Shown: one piece after another, positions 62,514-64,000 of the stretch
How the letters are laid out: every line of letters begins with the position of its first letter
How positions within the stretch are numbered: position 1 is the first letter of the stretch
Assembly: GCA_012295275.1 (NCBI GenBank)
Contig: CM022672.1
Coordinates: forward strand, 16,368,001 to 16,432,000
Reading direction: 5' to 3'
Origin: Chrysomallon squamiferum
Taxonomy: Eukaryota; Animalia; Mollusca
Length of the DNA: 64,000 nt
The notes under the pieces: model-generated
Databases searched by the model: none
The model's input: the letters and a program-made list of their open reading frames with translations, nothing else
What the model was told of the DNA's origin: nothing
Translations under genes and position numbers: made by a program

Positions 62514-62594
62514 TCACTGAACCATTTTCTTCACAGATGTTCTCTTGCGGTTTGATGTACGAGGTAGAGTTCCATAAGCATTGATCTGTTTTTG
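62514..62594 (-). CDS. Probable terminal coding exon of an unidentified gene continuing beyond the window
   Basis: Acceptor aatttatgtttcag at 62595, then a GC-richer segment. Phase 0 gives QKQINAYGTLPRTSNRKRTSVKKMVQ*; the other two phases are also open for 20-27 codons, so the frame is uncertain. Confidence 0.45.
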   Translation of the reverse strand, partial: QKQINAYGTLPRTSNRKRTSVKKMVQ

Positions 62595-63356
62595 CTGAAA
62601 CATAAATTAAATTTCAAATTAATAGTTAAAATATTTTCATGCAAGAATATACAATATTTCCATCCACTGGTGCTTAACAGACTAATGTTGCTGTTTTGTT
62701 AAACATTAAACCAATATCCAGATTTTGATTCCTTCATTAATGTATTACAAAAGCCATTAATAATTGTATTTAACTGTTGTTAAATGGTTATCTGTTAATA
62801 TATCTGTAAGCATAATTAGATTAATTTGTATTGTGTTCTTAAATAAAAAAAATGATACTTCAGATTCATATCTTATTAAATAGCTGCATTTGTTAGATTG
62901 TTAGTTTACAAACATATTAAAATACAGCTATGTTAAAAATTAATACTGAAAAGATGTTATTTATTTATTTTTGTTAAATTTAAAGACAAGTGCTTTATTC
63001 ATTGTGAATTACAGTTAAAACATATTGAAATAATAATAAATTTAAAAAAAATTAAAAATGAAAATGAATACATCTACAAAGAAAACTGTGATTGGTATGC
63101 CAAAATCAAAAACCCTAGAAATTTCGGGGAAAAAACACTCTTTAGTAAGGTGCAATTCAAAACCAGATTTAAATATAAAAAGAATAAAACAAAATTATCT
63201 GTTTGCATCATCAATATCTATTAATGGTCTTTATTTTTATTTTGCTAAATGTTTTGTTTTCTGTTTTTTTATATGTTCTTGTTTTTAGTTTGTTTGTTTT
63301 AAGTTTATTTTGTAATTTAATTTATTATAATTATTATTAAAACATTTTCTTTTTAA

Positions 63357-63398
<42 letters not shown>

Positions 63399-63628
63399 CC
63401 TAAATGAAAATAATAATAATAATAATAATAATAAAAATCCTAAATAAACCATGCAGAAAATAAATATATAAATAAATAAACATATAACTAAATAAATAAT
63501 AATTTAAAAAAATGACTGTGGTGAGTTTTAAAACCTTCTCCACAAAACATGCAAAAACTTTCAAATGAAACTTTCACCATAAGTTAAAGTGAAAAACATT
63601 GTGCTACAGATAACTAACATTAATTTTA

Positions 63629-63952
63629 TTCAGTGATAAATGATTTTAATTATTTATTATCATTATCATTATTTAATACTTTGTTTTATTTATTTATTAG
63701 TATTACTAGATTTAAAACACAATAATAAAAAATAAAAATAAATAAAAGTTAAAATAACATCAGCCATTTGATAAAAAATTAAATAGAAATTATATAAATC
63801 AGAAAATGTTTAATTAGTTGATTCCCTTCAGTGATAAATGATTTCAAATATAACTACATTTTTTATTTATTTATTTATTATATTAATACTACTACATATT
63901 TAGAAATTAATAATGATGAAAATTAAGTTAAAATAAGATACAGCCATTTGAC
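63629..63952. repeat. Diverged tandem duplication (~200-bp period)
   Basis: TTCAGTGATAAATGATTT...AAGTTAAAATAA..CAGCCATTTGA occurs at ~63629-63772 and ~63827-63952. Confidence 0.7.
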
Positions 63953-64000
63953 TTGTCATCAAGAATTAAATAAACATTATATATAAAAAAAAAAAAAAAA

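Overview
AT-rich, microsatellite-rich metazoan DNA with spliceosomal GT-AG introns. It is most likely from a gastropod mollusc, inferred from a three-peptide molluscan-type CCAP precursor. Most ORF-track entries are microsatellite or low-complexity artefacts, so I rebuilt genes by hand from splice sites and reading-frame phase. Left to right: (1) a disabled PARP14-like fragment (1-~1740, +); (2) a 28-exon adhesion GPCR (4943-24582, +) with signal peptide, two C-type-lectin-like domains, a Ser/Thr mucin stalk, GAIN/GPS and an ADGRD1-like 7TM, whose assembled sequence has one extra T in exon 5 (GGG TTT TTT TGA); (3) a candidate nested antisense spliced transcript inside the GPCR 7TM introns (~21723-17475, -); (4) a CCAP/conoCAP-type neuropeptide precursor (CDS 32336-28499, -) with a probable distal non-coding exon near 45.1-45.3 kb, a 3'-UTR intron and an unusual Tyr-Tyr-Tyr second peptide; (5) a complete 14-exon ZNG1/CBWD zinc-chaperone GTPase (49760-57313, +); (6) the last exon and ~4.8 kb 3' UTR of an unidentified convergent gene (-). 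Also present: a Tigger/pogo-like MITE, a Tc1 transposase remnant, tRNA-derived SINEs, minisatellites and local duplications. No database search or computation was run; family assignments come from motif recognition.
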